Source: Acidobacteriota bacterium (lineage in GTDB: Bacteria > Acidobacteriota > Thermoanaerobaculia > UBA5066 > Gp7-AA6). From it: a DNA stretch of 49,001 nt. The notes below the pieces were generated by a model. The model worked only from the letters and a program-made list of their open reading frames with translations, was not told the origin of the DNA and made no database searches. The stretch spans positions 1-49,001 of the forward strand of contig JBKPSZ010000011.1 in assembly GCA_046735265.1 (NCBI GenBank), read 5' to 3'. Below, one piece after another: positions 1-10,504 of the stretch. The stretch's first letter is position 1. Every line of letters begins with the position of its first letter. Position numbers and translations under genes: made by a program.

Positions 1-1089
1 TACCAGGGCAAAGGTCAGGAGAAAGACCCAGTCCGGAAAGACCGCGGAGGGCGTGCTCCCGCGCAGGAGAAGGTCCCGCAGGCCGTTGACGCCGTAGGTC
101 AGCGGATCCGCGCGAGAGATCGCCTGCAGCCACTTCGGATACGACTCGACCGGATAGAGCGCGCCCGAGGGAAAGAAGAGCAGCGCGTTGATGATGCCGA
201 ACATCCCGCGCAGGACCGAGACGCTTCGCGCGCGCGCGAAGAGCAGGAACCAAATCGCGGAGATCGCGAGCGCCGTCAGAAACACCGTGACGACGCCGGC
301 GACGACCGACCGGCCGTTCGTGATGGGAACCGGCGTCACGAGGAGCACAGCGGCGAGGACGAGCAGGCCGGCGAGCGACGCGACGATCGTCCCCGCGAGG
401 ACGTTGCCGGTCACGAGCGCGCCGGTCGAGATCGGGGTGACGAGATACCCCTCGTGGTACCCGTACATGCGGTCCTCGAGAACCTGAAGACCTCCCGACA
501 CCATCGAGCCCATGAAGATCGAGAGGCAGACGACCGCGGGTCCCAGGTAGGTCAGGTAGTCGAGATAGGGGTAGGCCTCGAGGCGCACGGCCGAGGCCGT
601 CCCTCCGGCCGCTCCGCGCGCCACCTCCTCCCACACCTGGCGCAGGGCTCCCTCGAGCGCGTCGTAGGAAAAGCGGTCCGTGTTGTCGCCGATGAAGGCG
701 GGAGCGGGCCCCTTCGGAGAGAGACGGAAAGGGAGGATCCAGACGCCGCGGTAGGCCCCGCGGCGCAGTCCCGCGAGCGCCTCCTCGCGGTCCACGAGGA
801 AGACGGCGTCCACGAGCTCCCGCCCCGATTCGAGGGCGAGCACGCCGCGCCGGCACGAGGCGGAGAAGGCGTTGCCGGCCTCGTCCACGACGGCGATCGG
901 CAGATGCCGGAGCTGTCGGTTGAGCGAATTGCCGAGCACGAGGAGATAGACGAGCGGGAAGAGCATCGTCGAGACGATCAGGACGGGTTGACGCCACAGA
1001 GTCAGATAGGCGCGCTGACAGATCGCCGCGATCCCGAGGAGCGCGCGCACCGGCCCGCGCGCCGGCCGCGGAGTGTCCTGGCGCTCCAT
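1..1089 (-). CDS. ABC-2 type transporter permease (runs off window start)
   Basis: Manual translation MERQDTPRP...LFFPSGALYPVESYPKWLQAISRADPLTYGV; multi-TM; directly follows the ATPase gene. Confidence 0.9.
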   Translation of the reverse strand, partial: MERQDTPRPARGPVRALLGIAAICQRAYLTLWRQPVLIVSTMLFPLVYLLVLGNSLNRQLRHLPIAVVDEAGNAFSASCRRGVLALESGRELVDAVFLVDREEALAGLRRGAYRGVWILPFRLSPKGPAPAFIGDNTDRFSYDALEGALRQVWEEVARGAAGGTASAVRLEAYPYLDYLTYLGPAVVCLSIFMGSMVSGGLQVLEDRMYGYHEGYLVTPISTGALVTGNVLAGTIVASLAGLLVLAAVLLVTPVPITNGRSVVAGVVTVFLTALAISAIWFLLFARARSVSVLRGMFGIINALLFFPSGALYPVESYPKWLQAISRADPLTYGVNGLRDLLLRGSTPSAVFPDWVFLLTFALV

Positions 1090-2123
1090 CAATCGCCGCG
1101 CAGGCCCCGGCCAGTGTAGGAGAAGAAAACGTCTTCGAGCGTCACCGGCGAGATCGTGAGGTATCGGACGCCGTAGCCCCGTTTCTCCAGATGGTCGGCG
1201 GCGTGCCGCCCGATGCCTTCTCCCGGACGGGACTGGAACTCGAAGGAGTCGGCCGCGTTCGAGCGCCAGTTTCTCCCGCCGAGCGCCAGGATCGCTTCGC
1301 GGTCGGCAGGCGAGAGCGCGCGGTCGATCTCGATCTGCGTGCGCTCGCCCGTCTCGAGCGAGCGCTTCAGCGCGGCGGGAGAGTCCTCGCAGAGGATCCG
1401 TCCCTGGTCGAGGATCGCGACCCGATCGCAGAGATAGTCCGCCTCGTCCATGGCGTGCGTCGTCAGGATGATCGCGAGCTCGGGATCGGCGGCCTTGAGC
1501 TCCTGGAGCATCTCCCAGATCGAGCGCCGGCTCAGCGGGTCGAGGCCCGTCGTCGGCTCGTCCAGGAAGAGGACGTGGGGAGAGTGGAGAACGCCGCGCG
1601 CGATCTCGAGCCGTCGCCGCATGCCCCCCGAAAGCTCGCGTGTGATCTGGCGGCGCCGCTCGGTCAGCCCGACCTGCGCGAGACGGCGGTCGATCATGCG
1701 CGCGAGACCGCGGCCGGAGAGCCCGTACATCTTTCCCTGAACGGACAGGTTCTCAGCGACGGTCAGGTTCTCGTCGGTCGTGACCGCCTGCGAGACGGTC
1801 CCGATGGACGCGCGCACCGCCGGGCGGTCGCGCACGATGTCCTTTCCGCGGATGCGCGCCGTGCCCGACGTCGGAGGCAGGAGCGTCGTGAGCATCCGGA
1901 CGAGCGTCGTCTTGCCGGCGCCGTTGGGCCCGAGCAGCCCGTACGTCTCCCCTTCCGGCACCGTGAACGAGATGGCGTCGTCCGCCGCGACGCCGTTGAA
2001 CTGCTTCGTCAGCCGCTCGACTTCGATCGAAGCGGGCCGCCGGGCGGCCGCGAGCCGGCCGGTTTCGTCCAGGAAAGGGGGGACTTCGAGGAGCGGCTCG
2101 AAGGAGCGCTCCCCGGCGCTCAA
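1089..2123 (-). CDS. ABC transporter ATP-binding protein (DrrA-like)
   Basis: Walker [14 protein letters not shown] signature, [11 protein letters not shown]; TTG start overlaps upstream stop (TTGA). Confidence 0.92.
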   Translation of the reverse strand: MSAGERSFEPLLEVPPFLDETGRLAAARRPASIEVERLTKQFNGVAADDAISFTVPEGETYGLLGPNGAGKTTLVRMLTTLLPPTSGTARIRGKDIVRDRPAVRASIGTVSQAVTTDENLTVAENLSVQGKMYGLSGRGLARMIDRRLAQVGLTERRRQITRELSGGMRRRLEIARGVLHSPHVLFLDEPTTGLDPLSRRSIWEMLQELKAADPELAIILTTHAMDEADYLCDRVAILDQGRILCEDSPAALKRSLETGERTQIEIDRALSPADREAILALGGRNWRSNAADSFEFQSRPGEGIGRHAADHLEKRGYGVRYLTISPVTLEDVFFSYTGRGLRGD

Positions 2124-3028
2124 CTCTTCCCCGCTTCGACGACGAAGGTCTGCCCCGAGATCACCGAGGCGCCCTGCGGAGAGAGACGGACGGAAAAGGT
2201 CTTCAGGTCCCGGCTCTGAAGCCCCCAGTTGCGACGCGTGGCGAACTCGGAGCGCGGCTTGACCGAGACCACCCGAGCCGGAAAGCGATCCACCGGGCGC
2301 GCCTGCGGCCAGACCTGGACGTTGCCGCCGACCGGAAATGTCGAGAGCCGCTCCTCGGGAACCTCCACGCGGAGGTAGGGCGTGCCGACCTGCAGGGTCA
2401 ACAGGGGCTGTCCCGCCTCGACCCACTCCCCTTCCCGGTGATGGCGCGTCAGCACGGTGCCGGCCACCGGAGAGACGAGCGTGCCTTCCTTCTCGAAGTG
2501 CTTGACCTTGTCGGCCCGCACGGCGAGCGTCTTGTCCTGGGCTTCGAGCTGATCCCTCTCGGTCTCGAGCGCGCGGATTCCGGCCTCCGTCGCGTCGCGT
2601 CGATGGCGCAGCGACTCCAAGTCCGCCGCGGGCGCGATCCCCTCTTTCACGAGTCGGGCGAGGCGCTTCTCGTCGCTCGCGATCTGAGCGAGCTCGGCCT
2701 TCGCCTTCTCGACGTTCTGGCGGCGTGTGAGCTCGCGCGCCGTGAGCTCGGCGCGCTGGCGCTGAAAGTCGGCGGCGTCCTCGGAGAGCCCCGGCTGCTC
2801 GACTCTCGCGACGACGTCGCCGGCGGCGATCGACTCGCCTTCGTCCGGAACTCGCGTCACGACGCGTCCGGAGCGGGAAAGCGACAGATCGAGCGTCTGG
2901 TCTTCGGCGATCGCGAGAAGACGGACCGGCGCGCCGATGTCGTTCTCCTGACGAACGAGGGCGCCGTATCCCCAAGCGCCCGCCACCGCGATCGCGATCG
3001 CCACCCCGACCCAGGCTGCCTTTTTCAT
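2120..3028 (-). CDS. HlyD-family membrane fusion protein
   Basis: N-terminal TM, coiled coil, lipoyl-like [17 protein letters not shown]; GGAGG RBS. Confidence 0.85.
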   Translation of the reverse strand: MKKAAWVGVAIAIAVAGAWGYGALVRQENDIGAPVRLLAIAEDQTLDLSLSRSGRVVTRVPDEGESIAAGDVVARVEQPGLSEDAADFQRQRAELTARELTRRQNVEKAKAELAQIASDEKRLARLVKEGIAPAADLESLRHRRDATEAGIRALETERDQLEAQDKTLAVRADKVKHFEKEGTLVSPVAGTVLTRHHREGEWVEAGQPLLTLQVGTPYLRVEVPEERLSTFPVGGNVQVWPQARPVDRFPARVVSVKPRSEFATRRNWGLQSRDLKTFSVRLSPQGASVISGQTFVVEAGKS

Positions 3029-3279
3029 CCTCCGATTCGCCGATTTCGATCTTATCTCCAATTCGTTGGGTCGGAGCCGCGAAGAAACAGGCGTTCGAAA
3101 GGGGCAATCGCCCCCCTCCCTTAATCTTTACGGGGGTTCCGTCAGCGAGCCGAACTTCGATCCCGCGGAGCCGCCCGGCGGCCTGCGACCTTTCGAAGAC
3201 CCGCGACGCGGCTCGCGTCGGCTCCGTTCCGATCCCGGCCGGACGCTCGATCGCGGGCCGCACCCCTTAGACTGGCCCC

Positions 3280-3765
3280 ATGGACGGCCCGCTCGTCGGA
3301 ATCATCATGGGAAGCCGGTCGGACTGGGAGACGCTGCGACATGCCTCGGAGACGCTCGTCGAGTTCGGGGTTTCGCACGAATGCCGCGTCGTGTCCGCCC
3401 ATCGCACACCGGCGTGGATGTCCGAGTACGCATCGGGGGCGGCGGGGCGGGGCCTCGAAGTCATCATCGCCGGGGCGGGCGGGGCCGCGCACCTGCCCGG
3501 CATGACGGCGGCCCAGACTTCGCTTCCCGTCCTCGGCGTCCCGGTCGAGAGCGCGTCGCTGAAAGGGATCGATTCGCTTCTCTCCATCGTTCAGATGCCG
3601 GGCGGCGTGCCGGTGGCGACGTTCGCGATCGGACGGCCCGGGGCGGTCAATGCCGCGCTCTTCGCCGTCTCGATCCTGGCGGCGAAGCGGCCGGACCTCG
3701 CCGAGAGGCTCCGACAGTTTCGCGAGGAGCAGACGCAGAGAGTCCTCAAGGAAGAGTTGCCTTGA
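3280..3765 (+). CDS. purE: N5-CAIR mutase
   Basis: [36 protein letters not shown]; TAGACT -10-like box 6 nt before ATG (possibly leaderless). Confidence 0.97.
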   Translation: MDGPLVGIIMGSRSDWETLRHASETLVEFGVSHECRVVSAHRTPAWMSEYASGAAGRGLEVIIAGAGGAAHLPGMTAAQTSLPVLGVPVESASLKGIDSLLSIVQMPGGVPVATFAIGRPGAVNAALFAVSILAAKRPDLAERLRQFREEQTQRVLKEELP

Positions 3766-4931
3766 CCCCGGCGGTGCTCCCGGGCGCCGCCGTCGGCGTG
3801 CTCGGGAGCGGACAGCTCGGGCGGATGTTCGCAATCGCTGCGCGGCGCATGGGGTACCGCGTGCACACGCTGTCGCCCGACTACGACACGCCCACGGGGC
3901 AGGTCGCCGACGAAGAGGTCACGGCGCCCTACGAAGACCTCGACGCGGTGCGCGCCTTCGCGCGCGGCGTCGACGTGGTGACCTTCGAGTTCGAAAACGT
4001 GCCGGCCGCCGCCGTCGCGGCGGCTTCGGAAATCGTCCCGGTGCGTCCGGACGGCGCGATCCTCGAAACCACTCAGCATCGCCTTCGCGAGAAGACGTTC
4101 CTCGCGAAGGCGGGATTCCCGGTCACGACCTTCCAGGAGGTCCGATCCCTGTCCGACCTCGAAAAGGCGATTCGCGCGATCGGCTGTCCCGCCGTGCTCA
4201 AGGCTTCGACGTTGAGCTACGACGGAAAGGGCCAGTCGCGCATCGACGAGCCGTCCGAGGCTCCCCGTGCCTGGCAGGCGATCGCGGGCCGGGAGGCGAT
4301 CCTCGAGGGCTTCGTCCGCTTCGAACGGGAGGCCTCGGTGATCGTGGCGCGCTCGCTCGACGGGCGCATCGCCGACTTCGGGCTGCTCGAAAACACGCAC
4401 GCGAATCACATCCTCGACTACTCGGTCGCCTCGGGGGAGACCTCGAGCCCGGTGGCGCGCGATGCGGTCCGGATGGCGGGCGCCGTGGCCGAGGCGCTCG
4501 ACCTCGTCGGCGTCCTCTGCGTCGAGCTCTTCGTGACCGCCGACGGAAAGCTCCTCGTCAACGAGCTCGCGCCCCGCCCCCACAACTCGGGACACCTGAC
4601 CGTGGATGCCTGCGTCACGAGCCAGTTCGAGCAGCAGCTGCGTGCCGTTTGCGGCCTGCCGCTCGGCTCGACGCGCTATCTGCGCGCGGCCGCGATGGCG
4701 AATCTCCTCGGAGACGTGTGGTCCGGGGGGGAGCCGGACTGGGTCTCCGCAGCGCGATACCCGGACGTGAAGATCCACCTCTACGGGAAGAGCGAGCCGC
4801 GTCCGAGGCGCAAGATGGGGCATCTGACAGCGCTCGACGAGTCGCCCGGGAACGCGCTCGCCCGCGTCCTCGAGGCGCGCTCGGTTCTCACTCGCGGGCG
4901 GGCGGCGCCGGCGAAGGCGGTCGCCGGCTAG
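3762..4931 (+). CDS. purK: N5-CAIR synthetase
   Basis: [39 protein letters not shown]; TTGA overlap with purE. Confidence 0.96.
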   Translation: MTPAVLPGAAVGVLGSGQLGRMFAIAARRMGYRVHTLSPDYDTPTGQVADEEVTAPYEDLDAVRAFARGVDVVTFEFENVPAAAVAAASEIVPVRPDGAILETTQHRLREKTFLAKAGFPVTTFQEVRSLSDLEKAIRAIGCPAVLKASTLSYDGKGQSRIDEPSEAPRAWQAIAGREAILEGFVRFEREASVIVARSLDGRIADFGLLENTHANHILDYSVASGETSSPVARDAVRMAGAVAEALDLVGVLCVELFVTADGKLLVNELAPRPHNSGHLTVDACVTSQFEQQLRAVCGLPLGSTRYLRAAAMANLLGDVWSGGEPDWVSAARYPDVKIHLYGKSEPRPRRKMGHLTALDESPGNALARVLEARSVLTRGRAAPAKAVAG

Positions 4932-5704
4932 AGAGAGCCGCTCGCCGGTCTCTCCGGGCGGGCGGCGGGGAGAAGCCGGTCGATCTCGTCGAGCGCCGTC
5001 TCCGCCTTCTCCGGGATCGCGAGGTCGACCCCGGACGACGCCGCGGTCGCTTCGGGATTGATCTCTGCGGTGAAGGCGCCCTGGCGCCGGGCTTGCCCCG
5101 CGAGCGCCGCGGCCGGATGGACCACCGACGAGGTGCCGATGACGAGACAGACGTCGCAATCGAGCGCTTCGACCGCGCGCCGGTAGGCTTCGGGCGGGAT
5201 CGGTTCGCCGAACCAGACGACGCCCGGCCGCGCGAGTCCGCCGCAGTGGAGACAGCGCGGAGGCACTTCCGGCAGCGCCGCGCGATCGTCGATCCACCGT
5301 TCGGGGGACGCGTCGCACCGGTTCCAGCACTGAAGCTCCCAGAGAGAGCCGTGGAAGCGAACGACGCCTCGCGTGCCGGCCCGCTCGTGCAGCCCGTCCA
5401 CGTTCTGGGTGACGAGAGCGAATCGCGGGAAACGCCGGCTCCAGGCGGCGAGCACGTCGTGGGCGCGATTGGGTCGCGCGGCCGCGACGAGCTCGCGCCG
5501 CCACGCGTACCACTCCCAGACGAGGTGCGGATCGCGCGCGAAAGCTTCCGGGGTGGCGAGCTCCTCCGGGCGAAAGCGGCGCCAGAGCCCTTCCGGCCCG
5601 CGGAAGGTGGGAATCCCGCTCGCGGCCGAGACGCCGGCGCCGGTGAGCACCGTGAGGCGGCGCGCCGAGGCGAGCCGCGCGGCGAGAACGTCGAGCGCGC
5701 TCAA
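4928..5704 (-). CDS. cobB: NAD-dependent protein deacylase (Sir2 family)
   Basis: GAGVSAASGIPTFRG, TQNVDGLH, HGSL, two CxxC-type zinc pairs, RPGVVWFGE, GTS. Confidence 0.93.
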   Translation of the reverse strand: MSALDVLAARLASARRLTVLTGAGVSAASGIPTFRGPEGLWRRFRPEELATPEAFARDPHLVWEWYAWRRELVAAARPNRAHDVLAAWSRRFPRFALVTQNVDGLHERAGTRGVVRFHGSLWELQCWNRCDASPERWIDDRAALPEVPPRCLHCGGLARPGVVWFGEPIPPEAYRRAVEALDCDVCLVIGTSSVVHPAAALAGQARRQGAFTAEINPEATAASSGVDLAIPEKAETALDEIDRLLPAARPERPASGSL

Positions 5705-6417
5705 GCGGCGACGGGAGGCTCGAAGAGTACCAACTCGGCTATGGGCTCGAATCCGAGCGACGCCGCGAGCCTGCGCGAGGCGACGTTCGACTCGAGGGCG
5801 CCCCAGACCGGCTCTTTCCCGTGTCTCGACATGTGCTCGATCATGTACTCGCAGCATTCGCGGGCGTGTCCGCGTCCCCGGTTCTCTTCGAGTGTGTCGA
5901 TCGAGAGATCCCAGAATTTCTCCGTCTCGTAGCCGGCGTAGCAGAACGAGACGGGCCGATCTCCGATGAACGCCGCCGCGACGTGCGTGAACCCGAGCGC
6001 CGTCTCGACCTCGTCGCGGAGGACGGGCGGCAGGTGACCGAGAGAAGCATTCGCGGGCGAGAGCATCGCGACGGCGGCGCCGGCGGAGCGTTTCGCCGCT
6101 ACGGCGGATGCGCCGGACGGCACGTGGACAAGCGCCCGGGAGGGGCGCCAGCCCGCCAGCGCGGCGGCGACGCGCTCCGCGCTTGCGGTCGGACAAAGGA
6201 CGGCCCGTCCGCCGTGGCGCTCGAGCTCCGCGCCGAGGCCCGAGAGCTCCGGCGTTCCGGAGACGCAGATGAGTCCGAAGTCGGTTCCCTGCACGACGAA
6301 GTCCGTCGGGCCCGGTCCGGGCGGCCCGACGAGCTCGCCGCGCCCCGAGAGGAGAATGCCGCGCATCTCGACCCACTCGGGCGCGTCCGGCAGGCGTGCG
6401 GCGAGCTCGCGCTTCAT
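5701..6417 (-). CDS. GNAT-family N-acetyltransferase
   Basis: IDTLEENRGRGHA acetyl-CoA motif, NVASRRLAASLGF. Confidence 0.85.
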   Translation of the reverse strand: MKRELAARLPDAPEWVEMRGILLSGRGELVGPPGPGPTDFVVQGTDFGLICVSGTPELSGLGAELERHGGRAVLCPTASAERVAAALAGWRPSRALVHVPSGASAVAAKRSAGAAVAMLSPANASLGHLPPVLRDEVETALGFTHVAAAFIGDRPVSFCYAGYETEKFWDLSIDTLEENRGRGHARECCEYMIEHMSRHGKEPVWGALESNVASRRLAASLGFEPIAELVLFEPPVAA

Positions 6418-6487
6418 TTCGCGATTCTCTCCCGGGAGGGTAAGCGCTTATCCTCTGCGTGCCGGCGACCCGGCTCGGGAGATCATC

Positions 6488-7237
6488 CTGTTCGAATACC
6501 AGTCTCTCTTCGATCAGCGCGGAGGGCAGTACAGCCGCGCGAATCGTCTCTATCCCGAGGCGCGCGCCGAAGAGGCCTCGGCGATCCTCTCTCACCTCGC
6601 GCTGTCTTCCGGCTCCGTCTGGCTCGACGTCTCGGCCGGCGGCGGATATCTTTCCGAGCGCGCCCGGGCGCAGGGACTGCCTCCCGCCCGCTTCGCCTGC
6701 GACGGCTCCCTTCCGTTTCTCCTCTCCGGCGGCACGTCCTTGCGCGGATGCGTCGCCGCCGCCGGTCTTCTCCCCTTTCGGGCGAGGCTCTTCGGCGCCG
6801 TCTCGTGTCTCGCCGCGCTCCACCACGCGGAGGATCCGGGCGCGGCATGCCGCGAGCTCCTCCGGGTCACCGGCGACGGAGGCCGGGCGGCGATCGGCGA
6901 CGTGGCGGGCGGCTCGGAAGCCTCGCGCTTCTTGAACGGATTCGTGGATCGCCAAACGGAGAGCGGCCACCACGGCCGCTTCTATTCGCTCGAGGACTTC
7001 GAGAGATTCCTGTCGACGGGAGGCACGCGCGACCGGCGCGCGGAGCGCCTGCGCATCCAGTGGATTCTCCCGTCGCGCCGGGACGCCGTCGTCTTCTTTC
7101 GAGACCTCTTCGGCCTCGTCCCGGAGACGACCGACCTCGAGATCGAACTGGCCTTAGCCGAGCTCGGCGCCGCGGAGGGGCCGGCCGGGTTCCAGATCCC
7201 CTGGACGATGCAGTTCGTTTCGGCGAGTCCGGATTGA
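6488..7237 (+). CDS. Class I SAM-dependent methyltransferase (start uncertain; CTG assumed)
   Basis: WLDVSAGGGYL motif I, LPFR, CLAALHH; no in-frame ATG/GTG nearby, GGGAG precedes CTG 6488. Confidence 0.75.
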   Translation: MFEYQSLFDQRGGQYSRANRLYPEARAEEASAILSHLALSSGSVWLDVSAGGGYLSERARAQGLPPARFACDGSLPFLLSGGTSLRGCVAAAGLLPFRARLFGAVSCLAALHHAEDPGAACRELLRVTGDGGRAAIGDVAGGSEASRFLNGFVDRQTESGHHGRFYSLEDFERFLSTGGTRDRRAERLRIQWILPSRRDAVVFFRDLFGLVPETTDLEIELALAELGAAEGPAGFQIPWTMQFVSASPD

Positions 7238-8007
7238 ACGCCGCGGTCCTCTCGCAAACGGTGCTCGCCGCCGTCTCGGCCCTTCTGGGCGGCAGCCTGC
7301 TCGAGTCCGAAATCCGGAGGGCCACGAGGCTCACGCGCGGACAGTGGCGCGATCTCGGCCGCGCCTTTCCGGGGCTTGGAGGCGATCCGGGGCCCGCCGC
7401 GGCGAGAGCGCGGCGGCGCTACGGCCGGCTCGTGGGCCGCGCGCTCGCGAACGGACGTTCGGACTTCGTGTTTCGGGGAGGAGTTCCCGAGCCCGAGCCC
7501 GGCGTCTACGCGACGGCTCACGTCGGAGACCTGCGGAGCCTCCGCTATCTCCTCCGGCCGCGGCTTCCGATCGCGACCGTCATCCGGCCGGACGAACGCA
7601 CCGGCGGCGATGCGCATCCCGAGTTCGAGCGGTGCGGCCCGGGCGAATTCCCGCAGACCTTTTCCTCGCGCGAGCCGCACCGGCTGCGCTCGGCGCTCGA
7701 GCGGGGCAGCCTGATCGTCTCGGCGGATCTGCCGGAAGAGGACGCCCGCGCTTTCCCCTGTCTCGGGGGGAGCCTCCGCCTCGATCCCCGTCCGTTTCGC
7801 CTCGCGCGGCTGGCGCGCGTCCGATGCCAACCGCTCTTCCTGACTTCCCCGCGAGGCCGGCTCACGATCACGATCGGTCCGGCCCTGCCGGGGAACGAGG
7901 ACGACGCCGTCGCCGCGTTCGCGCAATCGCTCGCGGGAATCGCCGAAGAGACTCCGCTCGAGATCGACGGGTACACGTGGTGGCACCGGCTGGGGCTCGC
8001 GCAATGA
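7234..8007 (+). CDS. LpxL/HtrB-like lysophospholipid acyltransferase
   Basis: TAHVGD (cf. HxGNWE), LIVSAD, C-terminal E.P...Y.WWHR; TTGA overlap. Confidence 0.6.
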   Translation: MNAAVLSQTVLAAVSALLGGSLLESEIRRATRLTRGQWRDLGRAFPGLGGDPGPAAARARRRYGRLVGRALANGRSDFVFRGGVPEPEPGVYATAHVGDLRSLRYLLRPRLPIATVIRPDERTGGDAHPEFERCGPGEFPQTFSSREPHRLRSALERGSLIVSADLPEEDARAFPCLGGSLRLDPRPFRLARLARVRCQPLFLTSPRGRLTITIGPALPGNEDDAVAAFAQSLAGIAEETPLEIDGYTWWHRLGLAQ

Positions 8008-9314
8008 GCCTCTCCGACGCCGTGAGCGCGGCTCTCTCCCGCGAACCGCGCCGGCCCGCGCTCCGCCGCGGCGAGGAGGCGCTCGACCGCGCGGCGCTCG
8101 AAGCCCGCGTCGACTCGCGCGCGGAAGAGATCGCGCGAGAGACGCCGCGCCTCCCGTTCTCGCTCGACGCTTCGGACCCGATCCACCTGGCCGTCGACTT
8201 CTTCGCGGCGCGGCGCCTGGGACGCACCGCCGTGATCCACGGCGAGGGGGTGCCGGAGAGGTTGAAGGGCGAGCGCGAAGAGCGGCTCGCCGGGCGAATG
8301 CCGCCCGGCTCTTCGGAAACCGTCTTCTTCTCGTCCGGCAGCGTCTCGCGCGGCAAGGCCATCCCGCTCTCGGAGGAACAGCTCCTCTTCTCCGCTCTCG
8401 CATATCCCGAGAGGACCGGCATCCGGTGCGGCGATCGCGTGGCGGTGGCGGTCCCCGTCGGTCAGGTCTTCGGGTTCCTGCGCGGGATCGTGAATTCGCT
8501 CCTCGTCGGAGCGGAGGTGCTCTTCTACTCGCCGCGGCGGGATCCGCTCGGGGAGGCGGATCGGCTGGGGGCGACTTTCGTGCTTCTCTCGCCGGCGCAG
8601 GCGCGTCTTTCGGCGCACGCCTCCGGACGATTGAGACTGCGCGGCGCCTTGACCGCCGGGGGACCGGTGGCGGAAGCCGGAGCGGGACGTCTCGAAGCCG
8701 ACCGGGCCGTCCCTCTGCGATTCGGATATGGACTGACCGAGACCTCGGCCCTCGGATCGCGCCAGCACTTCGATCGTCCGCGACGCCCGGGCAGCTCGGG
8801 GCTGCCGGCCCCGGGGCTACGAGTCGAGATCGTGGCGCCCCACGGGTCTCCGGTGCCCCCGGGCGAGACGGGCGAGATCCGAATCTCCGGCCGAAGCGTC
8901 TTTCGGGGGTACGTCGACCCGGCCGAGGCTTCCCCGTTCGATTCCGCCGGACGACTGCGGACCGGAGACCTCGGCTTTCTCGACGAAGCGGGCGAGCTCC
9001 ACGTGCGAGGCCGCGAGGCCGCGAGCCTGCACGTGGGCGGACGCATCCTCTGCGCCGAGGAGATCGAAGGCGTCGCTCTCGAGCAGTCCGGAGTCACCGA
9101 AGCCGCCGCGGTGCCGCTCGGGGAGACCTTCGGACTTCTGCTCGTGACCGAGGACGACTCCGATTCCTTTCTGCCAAGCGTGCGCGAGTACTTGAAAGCG
9201 CGTCTTCCGCTCTTCGCCCGCCCGAAGCGCGTGCGCCGTGTCGAGAGCCTGCCCCGCGCTCCGGGCGGAAAGCTCGACCGCGGCGCGGCCGCCCGGTGCT
9301 TCGAGACGCCCTGA
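8004..9314 (+). CDS. Adenylate-forming (AMP-binding) acyl ligase
   Basis: FSSGSVSRGK, GYGLTET, RTGDLG, PRAPGGKLDR; ATGA overlap. Confidence 0.88.
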   Translation: MSLSDAVSAALSREPRRPALRRGEEALDRAALEARVDSRAEEIARETPRLPFSLDASDPIHLAVDFFAARRLGRTAVIHGEGVPERLKGEREERLAGRMPPGSSETVFFSSGSVSRGKAIPLSEEQLLFSALAYPERTGIRCGDRVAVAVPVGQVFGFLRGIVNSLLVGAEVLFYSPRRDPLGEADRLGATFVLLSPAQARLSAHASGRLRLRGALTAGGPVAEAGAGRLEADRAVPLRFGYGLTETSALGSRQHFDRPRRPGSSGLPAPGLRVEIVAPHGSPVPPGETGEIRISGRSVFRGYVDPAEASPFDSAGRLRTGDLGFLDEAGELHVRGREAASLHVGGRILCAEEIEGVALEQSGVTEAAAVPLGETFGLLLVTEDDSDSFLPSVREYLKARLPLFARPKRVRRVESLPRAPGGKLDRGAAARCFETP

Positions 9315-10504
9315 GCGCCGGCCTCCGCCGAGCCGTCGAGCGGCTCGCGGAGGACGGTACGCCGTTCTTTCTCTTCGACCCGGGGGAGATCGACCGCCGC
9401 GCCGCCGCCTGGAGGAAGGCCGCCGCCGCCGTCGGTCCCGCGGACGTCTTCTATCCCTACAAGTGCAACCGGCACCCGGCCGTCGTTCGCCGGCTCGCCC
9501 GTGCCGGACTCGGCGCCGAGGTGGCGACCCGCGACGACCTCCGCACGGCTCGAGCGCTGGGCGTCGCGGGCACCCGCATCGTCGTGCACGGGCCCGCGAA
9601 GACGCGGGACGCAATCGACGCGGCGCTCGCGGCCGGCGCGCTCCTCGTCGCCGACGGGGCCGAGGACGGGCGGGCGATCCTCGCGAGGGCGAAGGCGTCC
9701 GCGAGCCGGCCTCGCTGGCTGCTCCGTCTCTCGCCCGGTTCTTCGAGGCCCGAACAACGGCCGTTCGGCTTTACGGGCCGGGATCTCGTCGCCTTCGCTC
9801 GCGGACTGCGCCGCGATCGCGCCCTTCTTCCCGCGGGCCTCGCCTTCCACCTGGGTACCGGCATTCCCTCGACGCTCCCGTACCGGAAGGCTCTCGAGCA
9901 ATCGGCCGAAGTCGCGCGAGAGCTCGCCGCGTCGGGCATCTCGATCTCGCAGCTCGACCTCGGAGGCGGCTTCGCGGCGCAGACCGAATCGCGCCTGGAC
10001 GGCCGCCTCCGGCCGCTCGGCGTCGGGATCGACCCGGAGGTCCTCGTCGAGGCGCTCGGGAAGGAGGCGCGCCGTCTCTTCGGGCCCGACGTCGAGCTCC
10101 TCTTCGAGCCGGGCCGCGCGATCGTGTCCCGGAGCTTCCGGCTCGTCGCCCGCGTCCTCCGCGTGAAGGAATCCGAGCGTCGCCGCACGGTCTTCCTCGA
10201 CGCGTCGCGGCTTTCGCACGCGTTCTTCGCCGGCTGGGGCCGGCATCCGATCGAGACGATCCCGCGGAGGCGAGGTCTGCGGAGGGCCGCCACTCTGGCC
10301 GGACCGCTCGGCGTCGGTGTGGACGTCTTTGCGCGGAGTGAGCTCCTGGCGCCGGTCCGGCCCGGCGACCTGGTCGTCATCGGCTCGGTCGGCGCCTACA
10401 ACTGGAACGCCGTCAACGGCTGGGCCGGTGCGACGCCCGCGGTGCGGAGAGTGAGAGCCGGGATCTCGATCGGCCCGCTGCGGGTGAGGGCGCGCGACCG
10501 CTAG
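9296..10504 (+). CDS. PLP-dependent decarboxylase, Orn/DAP/Arg (fold III) family
   Basis: YPYKCN (PLP Lys), FHLGT, LDLGGGF, EPGRA, GAY. Confidence 0.85.
   Translation: MLRDALSAGLRRAVERLAEDGTPFFLFDPGEIDRRAAAWRKAAAAVGPADVFYPYKCNRHPAVVRRLARAGLGAEVATRDDLRTARALGVAGTRIVVHGPAKTRDAIDAALAAGALLVADGAEDGRAILARAKASASRPRWLLRLSPGSSRPEQRPFGFTGRDLVAFARGLRRDRALLPAGLAFHLGTGIPSTLPYRKALEQSAEVARELAASGISISQLDLGGGFAAQTESRLDGRLRPLGVGIDPEVLVEALGKEARRLFGPDVELLFEPGRAIVSRSFRLVARVLRVKESERRRTVFLDASRLSHAFFAGWGRHPIETIPRRRGLRRAATLAGPLGVGVDVFARSELLAPVRPGDLVVIGSVGAYNWNAVNGWAGATPAVRRVRAGISIGPLRVRARDR

Noticed and set aside
3130-3260. Possible purine/ZTP riboswitch upstream of purE
   Set aside because: No recognisable aptamer motifs; purE appears leaderless
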